Part shown: in pieces, positions 39,861 to 50,110 of the stretch
Numbering within the stretch: the first letter of the stretch is position 1
How the letters are laid out: each line of letters starts with the position of its first letter
Assembly: GCA_963663765.2 (NCBI GenBank)
Contig: CAXXUA010000005.1
Span: forward strand, 928,001-992,000
Origin: Candidatus Poribacteria bacterium
Lineage (GTDB): Bacteria > Poribacteria > WGA-4E > WGA-3G
DNA length: 64,000 nucleotides
Direction of reading: 5' to 3'
The notes under the pieces: generated by a model
What the model saw: only the letters and a program-made list of their open reading frames with translations
Database searches by the model: none
What the model was told of the DNA's origin: nothing
Made by a program: the position numbers and the translations under genes

Positions 39861-40751
39861 TTAATTCCCTTCATATTCCAACCACTTCATTGCAAAATCA
39901 GCGAACTCAGGATTAATCTCTATACCAAGATATTCAACCCCTAATGCTTGTGCTACGACACACTCTGATCCGGAACCTGAAAATGGGATAAACACCTTAC
40001 CCCTTTTCTCATTGATACGTGATAGGATGAGCCGTCTCGTTAACTCCATCGGTTTTTGCGTGGGATGTTTCAATATATCGTGTTCACGGTGTTCAGATAG
40101 ATCAGCAGGTGGGAAAATTTGGGACTCACATGTCTTACAGACGAACCATCTTTCAGAACGACCAGCACCACCAGCTAATGCTGGAATTTTGATAACATCT
40201 CTCGGCAGAGCACCATTTGCATGCGCGTTATAAATGGTCATTTTACCTTGTGTACCATAACGGGAAGGTGTGTCCTTTCGAATTTTGCCTGCAGCGTTCT
40301 TTAGGAAACTTTTGGTATAAGGTTCTCTAATCTGGTCAATCTCCAGATTGGTACGCGGCTTATTCGGTTTCCAGAGACACAGTATTGTCTCGTGTGACCT
40401 TTGCCAGAACTTCAATGATGGCACCGTTTTGTTGGTATAATGCCACACCAACCAACGTTGTTCATGGATAGGGAAACGCACAGATATTCTTGCAATTATT
40501 TCGGGGAACCCATAAAGGTAAAGTAATCCATCATCTGTCAGCAGGTAAAGACAGTCTTTTATCCACGCCTCTGCCCATTCAACGTAATCGTCTATCGGCA
40601 TCACTTCAGTATCGTTCCCAAAATCTTTACCGATATTGTATGGCGGATCGGCAATAATCACATCGTACTGCTTCTCCGCATTGATGAGTTTTGGTAATAC
40701 TTTCGTAGTATCTGCAACGATAATTGTATTAGTGAATGTGTTAGTCTTCAT
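39861..40751 (-). CDS. Site-specific DNA methyltransferase (N4C/N6A, beta class)
   Basis: IADPPYNIGK, then HPTQKP and PFSGSGS in beta-class order; CxxC..HxxH insert. Confidence 0.88.
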   Translation of the reverse strand: MKTNTFTNTIIVADTTKVLPKLINAEKQYDVIIADPPYNIGKDFGNDTEVMPIDDYVEWAEAWIKDCLYLLTDDGLLYLYGFPEIIARISVRFPIHEQRWLVWHYTNKTVPSLKFWQRSHETILCLWKPNKPRTNLEIDQIREPYTKSFLKNAAGKIRKDTPSRYGTQGKMTIYNAHANGALPRDVIKIPALAGGAGRSERWFVCKTCESQIFPPADLSEHREHDILKHPTQKPMELTRRLILSRINEKRGKVFIPFSGSGSECVVAQALGVEYLGIEINPEFADFAMKWLEYEGN

Positions 40752-40831
40752 TGGATGATCTTGCAAATGTTGTAGTTGGTCGGTGACCGGGGGTGAAATC
40801 AAACAATCACTGTAAAACGTTTTTACAATTA

Positions 40832-42844
40832 CTAAGTTGAATTCAAAGCATCAATATTAATGTTATTGATAAGTTCACATAGTCGTCCCGCTTCTTTTTT
40901 GATTTCTAGAAACTCTTTGTAACTCTGAATAGCATCATTAATAAGTTCATCATATAAAACAACACGAATATCATCATCAGCTAATGTCTTAATTGATCTA
41001 GCGCGTTCTCTTGAATTTGTCCACTCCCTTAAAGTTTGTCCTATAATACAAACAATTTCAATTGGTTCATCTACAATATTAACTTTCGCAAGTTGTTTTT
41101 CCATACCAGTTCTATATTTATGAACTTGTTTTGCTAAATCGTATTGACTGATTATAACACTTGGACGTTTCAACTCAATTATAACGTGTAGTCCAGCCAT
41201 CTTTTTATACCTGATGTCAATTCTTCCATTGCGTTCTTCGGTTGACAACTTCTCATTTATTTGTTCAAAAGCAGTTGTAACTCTTTCTTCTACATGTATT
41301 TTATCATTTACTCGTTCCCATGAAGGATCAAGTAACCAAAATTCTTCAGGTAAAAACTCTTGTATCATTTTTTCAATAACGTTGTCATCAACCATTTGTT
41401 TGAAAGCTTCAATCACCGTTAGTCTATCGTTAATTGTTTGATAGTAACGTGCTGCTTCATATTCATCTAAATCTTTGAAAATCATAGCAACCTCACCAAT
41501 ATTTTCAGGTGTCAAGTTATCAAGGAATGAAAGCCGTTCTTTATGCATTAGATTTTCAAATGCTAAGACGCAGTACTTATACAAATCAATCCGTTGGACA
41601 TCATCCAATTCAAGTTGACCTATCTTGCCCAACAGAACGTTTGCATGTTTTTTCCTATCACCTTTCAAGTTATCTAACCATTTGGCAATTGCAGGTATCT
41701 TTCTTGCGTCAATTACACCTTTTTTCTTTTGTCGTTCTAACCACTGCTTTTCAATAATTTTTAATGTGTCATTAACCCATTTGCGAAGAGCTCTATAACG
41801 TGGGTCATCCTTGATAATTTCTTGACGGTTGCTTGTGGCAATATCACGTTTATCATTCTGGTCAAGAAAATCTGCGTGGATCTCACCAATTAGGTATTTC
41901 GTATAAAGACCACCTTCCCTAAAGTCTTCAAGAATATCTTCTTGTGCCAGTTTTCCACGAACCATAATGACAATTTTATTAAGATTTTCTTCTCCATCTT
42001 TGTCTGTAAGATCCCCGGATTTCTGCACAGTTCCAATCCATCCTGTAACTTTTTCCGTTTCCTTTACTTTTCCACCTTCACCGAGTACCTCAACTTTGTC
42101 ATCTACTTTTTCTGCGAATTGGGGATCTTCCAATTCACAGTAATCAACAAATTTCTTGCTATCTTCTCCAAAGTGCCATATATACCGCATTTTATGAAAA
42201 TAATCTCTATCTGTGATCTGTATCGGTTTACCGTTTATCTTAACTGTAAAATTATATTCCTCACCAATAATACTAAATCTCCGTGCTATACGCTTACGCA
42301 AATAGGTTTCAAGATTTGAAATACGTTTCTTTAAATCTGTTAATACAATTTTTGTACCTTTGTTGTCCAAAGTTATATCAGCATCATATAAAGATTCTGG
42401 ATAGTAAGGCTTATTCTCTTTTTTCTTATTATTCTGTTTTGTCAGTATTTCAATATCCTTGGCAGACATCCGAAATCCGCACTTATTTCCTGATTTCATG
42501 GTATGTATTTCTATAGTATCTGCAATAGAGAAAAGCGAGAGTTTACCTATACCTTTCCTGCCCATTACTGGACGTCCGTGTATAATGGTTTTCTTAGAAT
42601 CATCACGCTTCTTGTATCCAACATTGAGATACTTTTTATTAATATCCTCTTCATCCATGCCATGACCGTCGTCTGTGATGATAATTGACTTATCTTCAAT
42701 CTCAATGTTAACTGCTGAGGCATCTGCATCCCAAGAATTAGCTACAACTTCGGACAGGACAGCGGGAACATTACTGTAAAGGTTTATACCGAGGTGATTC
42801 AAGACATTAAGAGTAATACTCATCTCATACTTATGTTCACTCAT
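40832..42844 (-). CDS. GHKL-ATPase plus PD-(D/E)XK restriction endonuclease (HgiDII/BbrUII-like)
   Basis: LNVLNHLGINLYSN, EVVANSWDA, DDGHGM, GRKGIG; C-terminal RIDI...IIELKRP. Confidence 0.85.
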   Translation of the reverse strand: MSEHKYEMSITLNVLNHLGINLYSNVPAVLSEVVANSWDADASAVNIEIEDKSIIITDDGHGMDEEDINKKYLNVGYKKRDDSKKTIIHGRPVMGRKGIGKLSLFSIADTIEIHTMKSGNKCGFRMSAKDIEILTKQNNKKKENKPYYPESLYDADITLDNKGTKIVLTDLKKRISNLETYLRKRIARRFSIIGEEYNFTVKINGKPIQITDRDYFHKMRYIWHFGEDSKKFVDYCELEDPQFAEKVDDKVEVLGEGGKVKETEKVTGWIGTVQKSGDLTDKDGEENLNKIVIMVRGKLAQEDILEDFREGGLYTKYLIGEIHADFLDQNDKRDIATSNRQEIIKDDPRYRALRKWVNDTLKIIEKQWLERQKKKGVIDARKIPAIAKWLDNLKGDRKKHANVLLGKIGQLELDDVQRIDLYKYCVLAFENLMHKERLSFLDNLTPENIGEVAMIFKDLDEYEAARYYQTINDRLTVIEAFKQMVDDNVIEKMIQEFLPEEFWLLDPSWERVNDKIHVEERVTTAFEQINEKLSTEERNGRIDIRYKKMAGLHVIIELKRPSVIISQYDLAKQVHKYRTGMEKQLAKVNIVDEPIEIVCIIGQTLREWTNSRERARSIKTLADDDIRVVLYDELINDAIQSYKEFLEIKKEAGRLCELINNINIDALNST

Positions 42845-43934
42845 GATAATGATCCTTTACGTGATTTTGAATATGATGACCAATAACAGCTGCGAGTTTA
42901 ACAGGAACAGCGTTTCCGATGTGTGTTCCCAATTGGTAAATCTGAACAGGTTTCTCTTTCTCAACGAATTCATAATCATTTGGGAATGTTTGCAAGAGTG
43001 CCGCTTCTCTAACTGAAAGGGCACGATTTTGTTCAGGATGCCCAAAACGACCACTACCATAATTATGAAATTTTGTGGTGATTGTAGGTGAAGGTTCATC
43101 CCATTTCATACGGCCATAAACGGACTTAAAAGTTTGTCCTGATGCTTTTTTATGGCAGGACGCAAGCAGATGTTCTTCCCAATCATCCCATGTTCCACCT
43201 TGTTTTGATTGTTTAATGCGTTCCAAATTTTTTTCAAAAAGTTTTGGTGTAACATGTAGCCTATCAGTTTCGCATGCTTGTCCAGAAACAATTTCAGGCA
43301 GTTGTCCAATTGTTTCCTTAACAGTAAGATAAGGTTTAAGACCGTTCTGCCCATTTCGTGAATGTGTTTTACGAAGTGGTGCAACTTCTCCCAAGGTAGA
43401 GGCAATAATAACAAGGCGGCGACGTATTTGTGGGATTCCGTAGTTGGGGCAGTATACTACCTCAGGTTCACATTTATAGCCAAGAGATTTTAATTTATTA
43501 AGGAACTCTAAATATATGTTCTGATTTCGTATAGGTGGAACATTTTCAAAGGTAACAAGTTCTGGTTCTACTTCTTCAACCAATCTCCCAAATTCAGACA
43601 GAAGATTCCATTTCTCATCATCTTTGGCAGGTTGTCTTCTATTTTTAGGTACTGATGAAAATGGTTGGCAAGGAGCACATCCAGCGAGCAATTTGACATG
43701 GCCTTCCGGATAGTAATCGTTTAGATCATTGACTGTAATGTCACGAATGTCTTTCTCAATAAACTCAGCTTCGTTATTTTCGTTGTATGCATACATGCAC
43801 GTTGTGTCAACGTCAATTCCAGCAGTTACTTTTATACCTGATTTTTGAAGACCGTAAGTCAGACCACCTACACCACAAAACAGATCTACTGCAGAAATAA
43901 CTATTGACTTTTTTTCTATTGCTAACTTTTTCAT
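42837..43934 (-). CDS. C5-cytosine DNA methyltransferase (M.HgiDII-like)
   Basis: DLFCGVGG, GCAPCQ, ENV, YGIPQ.RRR, REAALLQTFP, GNAVP; overlaps the REase start by 8 nt. Confidence 0.93.
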   Translation of the reverse strand: MKKLAIEKKSIVISAVDLFCGVGGLTYGLQKSGIKVTAGIDVDTTCMYAYNENNEAEFIEKDIRDITVNDLNDYYPEGHVKLLAGCAPCQPFSSVPKNRRQPAKDDEKWNLLSEFGRLVEEVEPELVTFENVPPIRNQNIYLEFLNKLKSLGYKCEPEVVYCPNYGIPQIRRRLVIIASTLGEVAPLRKTHSRNGQNGLKPYLTVKETIGQLPEIVSGQACETDRLHVTPKLFEKNLERIKQSKQGGTWDDWEEHLLASCHKKASGQTFKSVYGRMKWDEPSPTITTKFHNYGSGRFGHPEQNRALSVREAALLQTFPNDYEFVEKEKPVQIYQLGTHIGNAVPVKLAAVIGHHIQNHVKDHYHE

Positions 43935-44079
43935 AACAAGAACCTTACTTCAAACTAATACATCACCATTTTTTATATTATACAAGGAAACGATTTAGAA
44001 CACAACTTACTTTTGCTTATCTTAAACTACCCTAAACTTTGATATGAAGTGAAGACAATATAACCGTTGTGTAAATACA

Positions 44080-44108
44080 ATATTAACACATCATGTTCGG
44101 TTTGTCAA
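44080..44108 (-). promoter_or_regulatory. Sigma70-type promoter for the RM operon
   Basis: TTGACA-17bp-TAATAT. Confidence 0.5.
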
Positions 44109-44290
44109 GAAAATATATTGCATCAAGTATTTGGCTTTCTGAATGCAGAATTGCATAGGAAGCGTTTCAAATCTTTCCCATTTGAGGAAATTGAGGAATA
44201 ATCCTTGACTTGCAAATCAAAGAATGCTAAAAAAGAGTGAGTAAAGTTTTTATTGTTTTTAATTTTCTGGCGTAATTTATCATAAACCTT

Positions 44291-46201
44291 CTATTTAATG
44301 CCCCATAGTTTCACAATCCAATCAGCACTCTGACTTACAAGCGTTTTGCCATCTGCAGCGAACGCGACTTCGCGAACCCTATCCCAATGTCCCGAGCACC
44401 TCCGCAGAACCGCACCAGTACGTGCATCTATAATTTCCACAATCCCACTCGTATTACCAGCAGCAAGCCGTTTCCCATCCGGACTGAAAGCAACACACAA
44501 GAAACTTGAACTATACCCACTGAACATTCCCTTTTGTCCACCTGTACGCGTATCCCACAGATAGATTCTGCGCGTGTTATCTACAGCAGCGAGTGTTTCT
44601 CCATCCGGACTGAAGGCAGCACTTAAGACCTTTAAACTATGTCCTTTGAGAACTTTCTGCTGCTCACTTGTATCAGCATCCCATAAACGAACAGTCTTAT
44701 CCTGACTCCAGCTTGCCAATTGTGAACCATCCGGACTAAATACAACATTTCCGACAAGTGCCTCATGTCCAACGAAAACTTTACTCAGTTCACCATTGTC
44801 CACATCCCACAAACGCACAGTGTGATCCTTACAACCGCCAGCAAGTGTTTTGCCATCTGGACTGAAGGCGATACCATATAAACGGGTATCATCCTCTTTT
44901 TTTAGGGATTTCAGTTTCATACCAGTGTCTACATCCCAGAGATGGATAGGATCATCATAATGTGCAGTTGCGAGCTCCTTCCCATCAGGATGAAACGCAA
45001 AGTTACTGACAGAATCTAACTGTAACTGCTCTATTCGAATTGTTTTCTGTAGTGCACCCGATGTTGTGTCCCATAGACAGACATTCTTATCTCTACCCGA
45101 AGTTGCAAATGTTTTTCCATCCGCACTGACGGCAATCCGACCGAATACACCATAATGTTCGGAAAACACACCTTTCTGTTTACCGGAGATAACTTCCCGA
45201 ATACGGATATTCCCATCCTCACCACTACTCGCAATCGTCCGCATATCCGGACTAAAGGCGACAGCACTAACTTTTCCGATATGTCCTTTGAGTGTTTTCC
45301 AATGTTCACCTGTGTTTGCATGCCACATACCAACAGTTCCATCAGAGAAACCGCAGGCTAACAGGCTCCCATCAGGACTTAAGACAACACTTCGAACACT
45401 CGTTAAATTTTCAGCAAATACCTGCTTCTGTTCGCCTGTGTCTGTATCCCATAGCCGTATGCTCCCGTCCCAACTCCCGCTTATGAGTGACTTTCCATCT
45501 TGACTGAAGACGATGCCACGTTTATTAAAAGCTACCTCGTGTCCTTTGAGTGTTTGTTTAACCTCTCTTGTAACCGTATCCCACAGAAAGATTGTGTTGT
45601 CGTGATTCGCACTTGCCAGTATCTTCCCATCCGAACTGTAGGCGAGACCGTAAGCCACAGGCTGATTTCCACCCTCGTTAGTGAGTATATTCTGTCTTAT
45701 GCCAGTGTCCGCATCCCACAAATGGGTATGTAGTTCACCGAAATGGGATACCGCGAGTGTTCCTCCATCCGGACTAAAGGCAATACACCTAACATAGTTC
45801 CCAGTATAAAGTGTCTGCTTATGTTTGAGGGTGTCCGGATCCCAAAAATGTATGACACCTTTTTTATCACCACTGGTGAAGGTGCTGCTATCCGAGTTAA
45901 ACGTTATACAATTAACAGACGTTTTGTGTTTGTTCAGAATACGGATCAGTTGAAAGTTAATTACATCATATATACAAATACCTATAGTAGTTGCGACAAT
46001 GAGACGTTTGCCGTCTAAGGTATACTGCATATCGTTGACAAGTCCCTTACCAGGTCGGGCAATAAGAACATTTTCAAATGGAATTAGTGCAGGAGCAAGA
46101 GCAGATCCAGAACCGAAGGTATCACTGAAAACAGTGGATGGATAGAACATTAAAGCGAGATAAAGTGTCAGTAAGATTAAGAGATGTCCTTTTCTTATCA
46201 C
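44291..46201 (-). CDS. Secreted WD40-repeat protein
   Basis: Signal peptide, ARPGKG leader, WD40 repeats; GTG start with AGGAG RBS. Confidence 0.92.
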   Translation of the reverse strand: MIRKGHLLILLTLYLALMFYPSTVFSDTFGSGSALAPALIPFENVLIARPGKGLVNDMQYTLDGKRLIVATTIGICIYDVINFQLIRILNKHKTSVNCITFNSDSSTFTSGDKKGVIHFWDPDTLKHKQTLYTGNYVRCIAFSPDGGTLAVSHFGELHTHLWDADTGIRQNILTNEGGNQPVAYGLAYSSDGKILASANHDNTIFLWDTVTREVKQTLKGHEVAFNKRGIVFSQDGKSLISGSWDGSIRLWDTDTGEQKQVFAENLTSVRSVVLSPDGSLLACGFSDGTVGMWHANTGEHWKTLKGHIGKVSAVAFSPDMRTIASSGEDGNIRIREVISGKQKGVFSEHYGVFGRIAVSADGKTFATSGRDKNVCLWDTTSGALQKTIRIEQLQLDSVSNFAFHPDGKELATAHYDDPIHLWDVDTGMKLKSLKKEDDTRLYGIAFSPDGKTLAGGCKDHTVRLWDVDNGELSKVFVGHEALVGNVVFSPDGSQLASWSQDKTVRLWDADTSEQQKVLKGHSLKVLSAAFSPDGETLAAVDNTRRIYLWDTRTGGQKGMFSGYSSSFLCVAFSPDGKRLAAGNTSGIVEIIDARTGAVLRRCSGHWDRVREVAFAADGKTLVSQSADWIVKLWGIK

Positions 46202-46403
46202 GGTTGTGTCTCCTGAATTTGGATTGTGAGGGTAGGATTTTATCGCAAGACAAGTAAGAATAGTATAACAAATCTATATTGGGTTTTCAATGAGAGTTAG
46301 AATTGGACCATGGTTATTCAGTTTTCAATTTATTGTGTAAATTCTATCACATTCGTTAATCCTTGAGTTAGTTAATTTTTATGGAGTTAACTCTTTCTTT
46401 GAC

Positions 46404-46543
46404 TGAACCAGGATTTTCAGGATTACCAGATTAGCAGGATTTACCTCGTCAAGGGTTTTTGATATGCGTTTATGCTCTCTTTTGGAATAGGATTTGATGA
46501 GAAAAATCTTGATAATCTACTAATCCTGAAAATCTTGGTTCAA
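46404..46543. repeat. Inverted pair of 9-nt periodic repeats
   Basis: TGAACCAGGATTTTCAGGATTA ... TAATCCTGAAAATCTTGGTTCA. Confidence 0.65.
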
Positions 46544-46586
46544 ACAAATGCCAACACTTCTCACAACTCCAGAATGCCAAAATCAC

Positions 46587-46615
46587 TTGACAAAAACACG
46601 ATAACGGGTTAGAAT
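46587..46615 (+). promoter_or_regulatory. Sigma70-type promoter
   Basis: TTGACA-17bp-TAGAAT upstream of the epimerase gene. Confidence 0.65.
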
Positions 46616-46643
46616 CCACTAAAAATATTGACTGGAGATAAGA

Positions 46644-47453
46644 ATGAAACTCGCAATATGCAATGAGATGTTTGAAAAATGGAAAATAGAAGATGTATTT
46701 TCTTATGCTGCTGAACTCGGTTACGATGCGGTGGAAATTGCACCATTTACTTTGGCAGACTCGGTTTTGGACATCAGCGAAACAGAACGGACACGCATCC
46801 GTAAAGCAGCGAAAGATACCAATATAGAAATCGCAGGACTGCACTGGCTACTTGTCTCACCCCCTGGACTCTATATCAACCACCCAGATGCAGATATTCG
46901 GAATGAAACACGCGACTATTTACTTGCACTCATTGAACTCTGTGCTGATTTGGACGGTAAGATATTGGTATTTGGATCCCCACAGCAACGCAACGTTATG
47001 GAACCACTCACCTTTGAACAGGCATGGGATTACGCACGGGAGACCTTCACTGCGGGGGCGGAACTTGCTGGTGAAAAAGATGTGATTTTGTGTATGGAAC
47101 CACTGTCAAGTGACCAAACAGACTTTATATCCCACCCCGACCAAGCCGTTGAAATGGTCAACGCAGTCAACCATCCAAATTTTCAGATGATTTTGGATGC
47201 ATGTAGCACAGCGAAAGAGGGGTTAGATATGCCCACGCAGATCCGTAACTGTGCTAAACACCTCGCACATTTCCACTCCAATGACGACAACGGATACCTG
47301 CCCGGATCTGGCAATGTGGACTATCCACCCATCATTGAAGCGTTGAAAGAGATTGATTATAGCGGGTATCTCTCAACAGAGGTATTTGACTTTAAACCCG
47401 ACCCGAAAACGATCGCTAAACAGAGCATTGAGTTTTTGAGACCCCTTATATGA
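46644..47453 (+). CDS. Sugar phosphate isomerase/epimerase (xylose isomerase-like TIM barrel)
   Basis: GYDAVEI, MEPL, LDACS, HFHSND, YLSTEVF. Confidence 0.88.
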   Translation: MKLAICNEMFEKWKIEDVFSYAAELGYDAVEIAPFTLADSVLDISETERTRIRKAAKDTNIEIAGLHWLLVSPPGLYINHPDADIRNETRDYLLALIELCADLDGKILVFGSPQQRNVMEPLTFEQAWDYARETFTAGAELAGEKDVILCMEPLSSDQTDFISHPDQAVEMVNAVNHPNFQMILDACSTAKEGLDMPTQIRNCAKHLAHFHSNDDNGYLPGSGNVDYPPIIEALKEIDYSGYLSTEVFDFKPDPKTIAKQSIEFLRPLI

Positions 47454-49045
47454 AAACAGAAATCAGAGAATGCTATAACGCATATAGTGCACTGAAATCG
47501 GAGATGGGTCGTTGGCTCAAACAGAGTATGATGCTTGACCCACCCGGACCGAACCAAGGTGGCGAGGATGAGGCGAACTACGCACTTGCATGGTTTCCAC
47601 ACTATCTCATCACAGGTGACACAACCGTCCTCAAACACTTTGATATGCTTAAAAACGCACTTCACGGTTGGGTTGAACGCGATTGTGTGCATGGATATGA
47701 ACCAAAAGCAGAAGCACATCACGGAACAGAACCTTTCCTGCTTTTCCTACCTCGTTATATAGGATTAAAACCTGATGATGCAGAGGCTATCTCCATTCTA
47801 ACCGATGCAGCCGAACATATCGGAAATTGGATCTCCGAAATACCTCCTTGGTATGATTATACACGTGACACCTTTATCGGTTACAATATCGGGACTCGCT
47901 ATGTTGAGAATACCGAAAAAGATGCTTATGAACTTGCGGAGCATTTTCGCTTTATCCACATTGCACTTGCAGCGTATAGCGTTACTGGTGAAGACCGATA
48001 TGTAGAGTGGGGATTGCGTTATGGACGCAAACGAGCTCAACGTATCATCAACGCTCCGAACCCGATGCCACTTCTATGGGATCTCAATGAAAATGGACTT
48101 GATGAGGCAGAAGTCAACGCAAAGAATCTACACCGACTTGTCGCCAGTTCCCACCACATTCCGGGTGATCCGTTAGCTGGAATTGAAAACCTGCTTGCTT
48201 CTGGTGCTATCTATGCTTTAGGCGATCTGTATCTCTTATCTGGAGAAGCAATTTTTCAAGAAGCAGCAAAACGCATTGTTGAACCACTTGTGACATCCCT
48301 CAACGACCCGTATAATGACCCTGCGGCAGCAGCACTCAGTTATTATCGTTGGACTTTTGACGATACCTGCTTTGATACCGACCTGATTGGTGGCTTGCAG
48401 GAACTCCCATCGGCTTCCCCTGAATTACTGGCACTGGTTTTCCCGCAGGAAAATCGTCGTAGGGAACCAGGTGTTGGCAAGAGAGCGGATATGGCATATT
48501 GGGGTGAATGGTCTGATGATGGTTCTGTGAAACCGATACATGAACCTTCAACTGCTACGTTAACGCTTGCTTATCAGCTAACAGGTGACGTTGCTTATGC
48601 TGTAAGAGCATTGCGGAATGCGTCTACACGACTGAAGATCGCACGACGTGTGTTGCGTGGTGGTCGTGAACATGCAGATATGGGTGGAGCGGTCTGTTCG
48701 GTTGCTGCAGGACACGGACGCAATTGGGGACAAGGTGCGGTCACCGCTTGCTACGGTCCGTTACTCCTTGGCACACGGGAAATATTGGGTAAAGTTTCAA
48801 CGCTTATCAATATCAAAAATGAAAACGGCAACAGACAGATACCGTCAACACTTCTCTCTTTAGTCCGACCTATAGTTGGCTCTGAAAACACAGCAGAAGT
48901 GGTCTTCTACAATAGTGGTGGTTCAGCGATCACATTCTCTTGGCAGCCACAAGACTACACCAATCTGTCAGACACCCAAGTTGAAGATATGCATTGGCAC
49001 GAGGAGTGTTTGGAAGCAAGCCAAATTCAGAAACGAATTTTGTAA
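47450..49045 (+). CDS. Hypothetical protein, possibly an alpha/alpha-toroid glycosidase-like fold
   Basis: ATGA overlap with the epimerase; recurring Y.(L/V)TGD/E..Y helical-hairpin motifs. Confidence 0.55.
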   Translation: MKTEIRECYNAYSALKSEMGRWLKQSMMLDPPGPNQGGEDEANYALAWFPHYLITGDTTVLKHFDMLKNALHGWVERDCVHGYEPKAEAHHGTEPFLLFLPRYIGLKPDDAEAISILTDAAEHIGNWISEIPPWYDYTRDTFIGYNIGTRYVENTEKDAYELAEHFRFIHIALAAYSVTGEDRYVEWGLRYGRKRAQRIINAPNPMPLLWDLNENGLDEAEVNAKNLHRLVASSHHIPGDPLAGIENLLASGAIYALGDLYLLSGEAIFQEAAKRIVEPLVTSLNDPYNDPAAAALSYYRWTFDDTCFDTDLIGGLQELPSASPELLALVFPQENRRREPGVGKRADMAYWGEWSDDGSVKPIHEPSTATLTLAYQLTGDVAYAVRALRNASTRLKIARRVLRGGREHADMGGAVCSVAAGHGRNWGQGAVTACYGPLLLGTREILGKVSTLINIKNENGNRQIPSTLLSLVRPIVGSENTAEVVFYNSGGSAITFSWQPQDYTNLSDTQVEDMHWHEECLEASQIQKRIL

Positions 49046-49068
49046 GTAAGATTTTCTTTTTTGTGTTC

Positions 49069-49875
49069 CTATGAATTAGTAAAGTTCTTTGCAACGAGTA
49101 CCAAGTCAAGGATATTCACAGTTCCATCGTTGTTCACATCCCCCTCTCCATCCACCTGACCGAAACGGGCAGCTACATAAACAAGGTCGCTGATGTTCAC
49201 AACACCATCATCAGTTACATCGTAGAGTAGATTAGAACTGACCAACTCATAGACGATATCTTGAGTATTCACAAACTTAACAGGACCGAAATTCGGTGCG
49301 AGCCATTGATAAGAAGTTGAACGGGTGATTGATAAAGTTGAGACAGTTCTAGTCTCGATTCGGACTTTTACGCAATTCTCAAATGTTCCTGCTGGGGTTA
49401 CAACATCCTCTATCACTACAACTTCGTTCGTACTTGTGAAGGTGATGGGTCCGACTAATATCACCTCTGATTCAGCCGTAAGTTCCCATGTGTCTCCAAG
49501 CTTGAGTGTTGCGGGATAAAAAAGACCGGGGGGATATAAAATAGCCGTTGCCTCGCCGAATGTCTCATCAAGTTCCACCACCAGTTTATAAAGTTGTATG
49601 CCTTCTTCGTCAAAATCCACATATAAAAACTGGGACGAGGTAACATCTGTTCCCAAGGTTTCATTTGTGATTTTGAGTAATGTTAGATTAATATCGTTAA
49701 TGACTTCATCAGATACTTCAACAGTATAAATGATGTGTTCAGCTTTATCCTTACTTTCCAATATCCATGAATTGCCGATACTTGTCGGATAATAAGTCTG
49801 TGATACTGCTGGAATGCTGAGAATAAAGGTTAGTAATGATGCGAAAAGAATCGTCAAAGTCGTATTTTTTGACAT
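49069..49875 (-). CDS. Secreted YYP..IGN.W beta-domain protein with dockerin
   Basis: SQTYYPTSIGNSW, EDVVTPAGTFENCVKV, WLAPNFGPVK; DVTDDGVVNISDL..GDVNNDGTVNILDL. Confidence 0.75.
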   Translation of the reverse strand: MSKNTTLTILFASLLTFILSIPAVSQTYYPTSIGNSWILESKDKAEHIIYTVEVSDEVINDINLTLLKITNETLGTDVTSSQFLYVDFDEEGIQLYKLVVELDETFGEATAILYPPGLFYPATLKLGDTWELTAESEVILVGPITFTSTNEVVVIEDVVTPAGTFENCVKVRIETRTVSTLSITRSTSYQWLAPNFGPVKFVNTQDIVYELVSSNLLYDVTDDGVVNISDLVYVAARFGQVDGEGDVNNDGTVNILDLVLVAKNFTNS

Positions 49876-49962
49876 CAAATATTCCTTGTAAAAAGAACTG
49901 TGGGAAGGCAAAAACGCTAAGTAGTATCGTAGGCGTAGGTTGGGTTATGTGTTCAATATACC

Positions 49963-50062
49963 TATTGGTGTCAACTTAAGAAAAAATTGTTTGCATTTTC
50001 TCTTGTGGGAAGGGTTGAAAACCCCTCCCACAAGAGGTAAAATCCTTAAGTTGACACCTATA
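49963..50062. mobile_element. CATAGG-family MITE inserted in a GTAGGTTGGG REP hairpin
   Basis: TIRs TATTGGTGTCAACTTAAG / CTTAAGTTGACACCTATA; 20-bp duplication GGTTATGYGTTCAATATACC. Confidence 0.8.
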
Positions 50063-50110
50063 GGTTATGCGTTCAATATACCCAACCTACACCTATGAGT
50101 AACTACGAAA

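Larger units (their letters stand above)
38494..39872 (-). mobile_element. TnpB-only IS200/IS605 (IS1341-type) element
   Basis: Right-end hairpin GAAGCACATGACTTTAGTCGTCGTGAGTA followed by TCAC (ends at 38494); left-end hairpin CCCAAGCAT-TT-ATGCTTGGG (39833-39852); no tnpA. Left boundary is approximate. Confidence 0.7.

Noticed and set aside
38494-39872. IS607 element or IStron (TGGG motif near the left end)
   Set aside because: The ends have IS200/IS605-type hairpins and TCAC. There is no serine recombinase and no room for a group I intron core.
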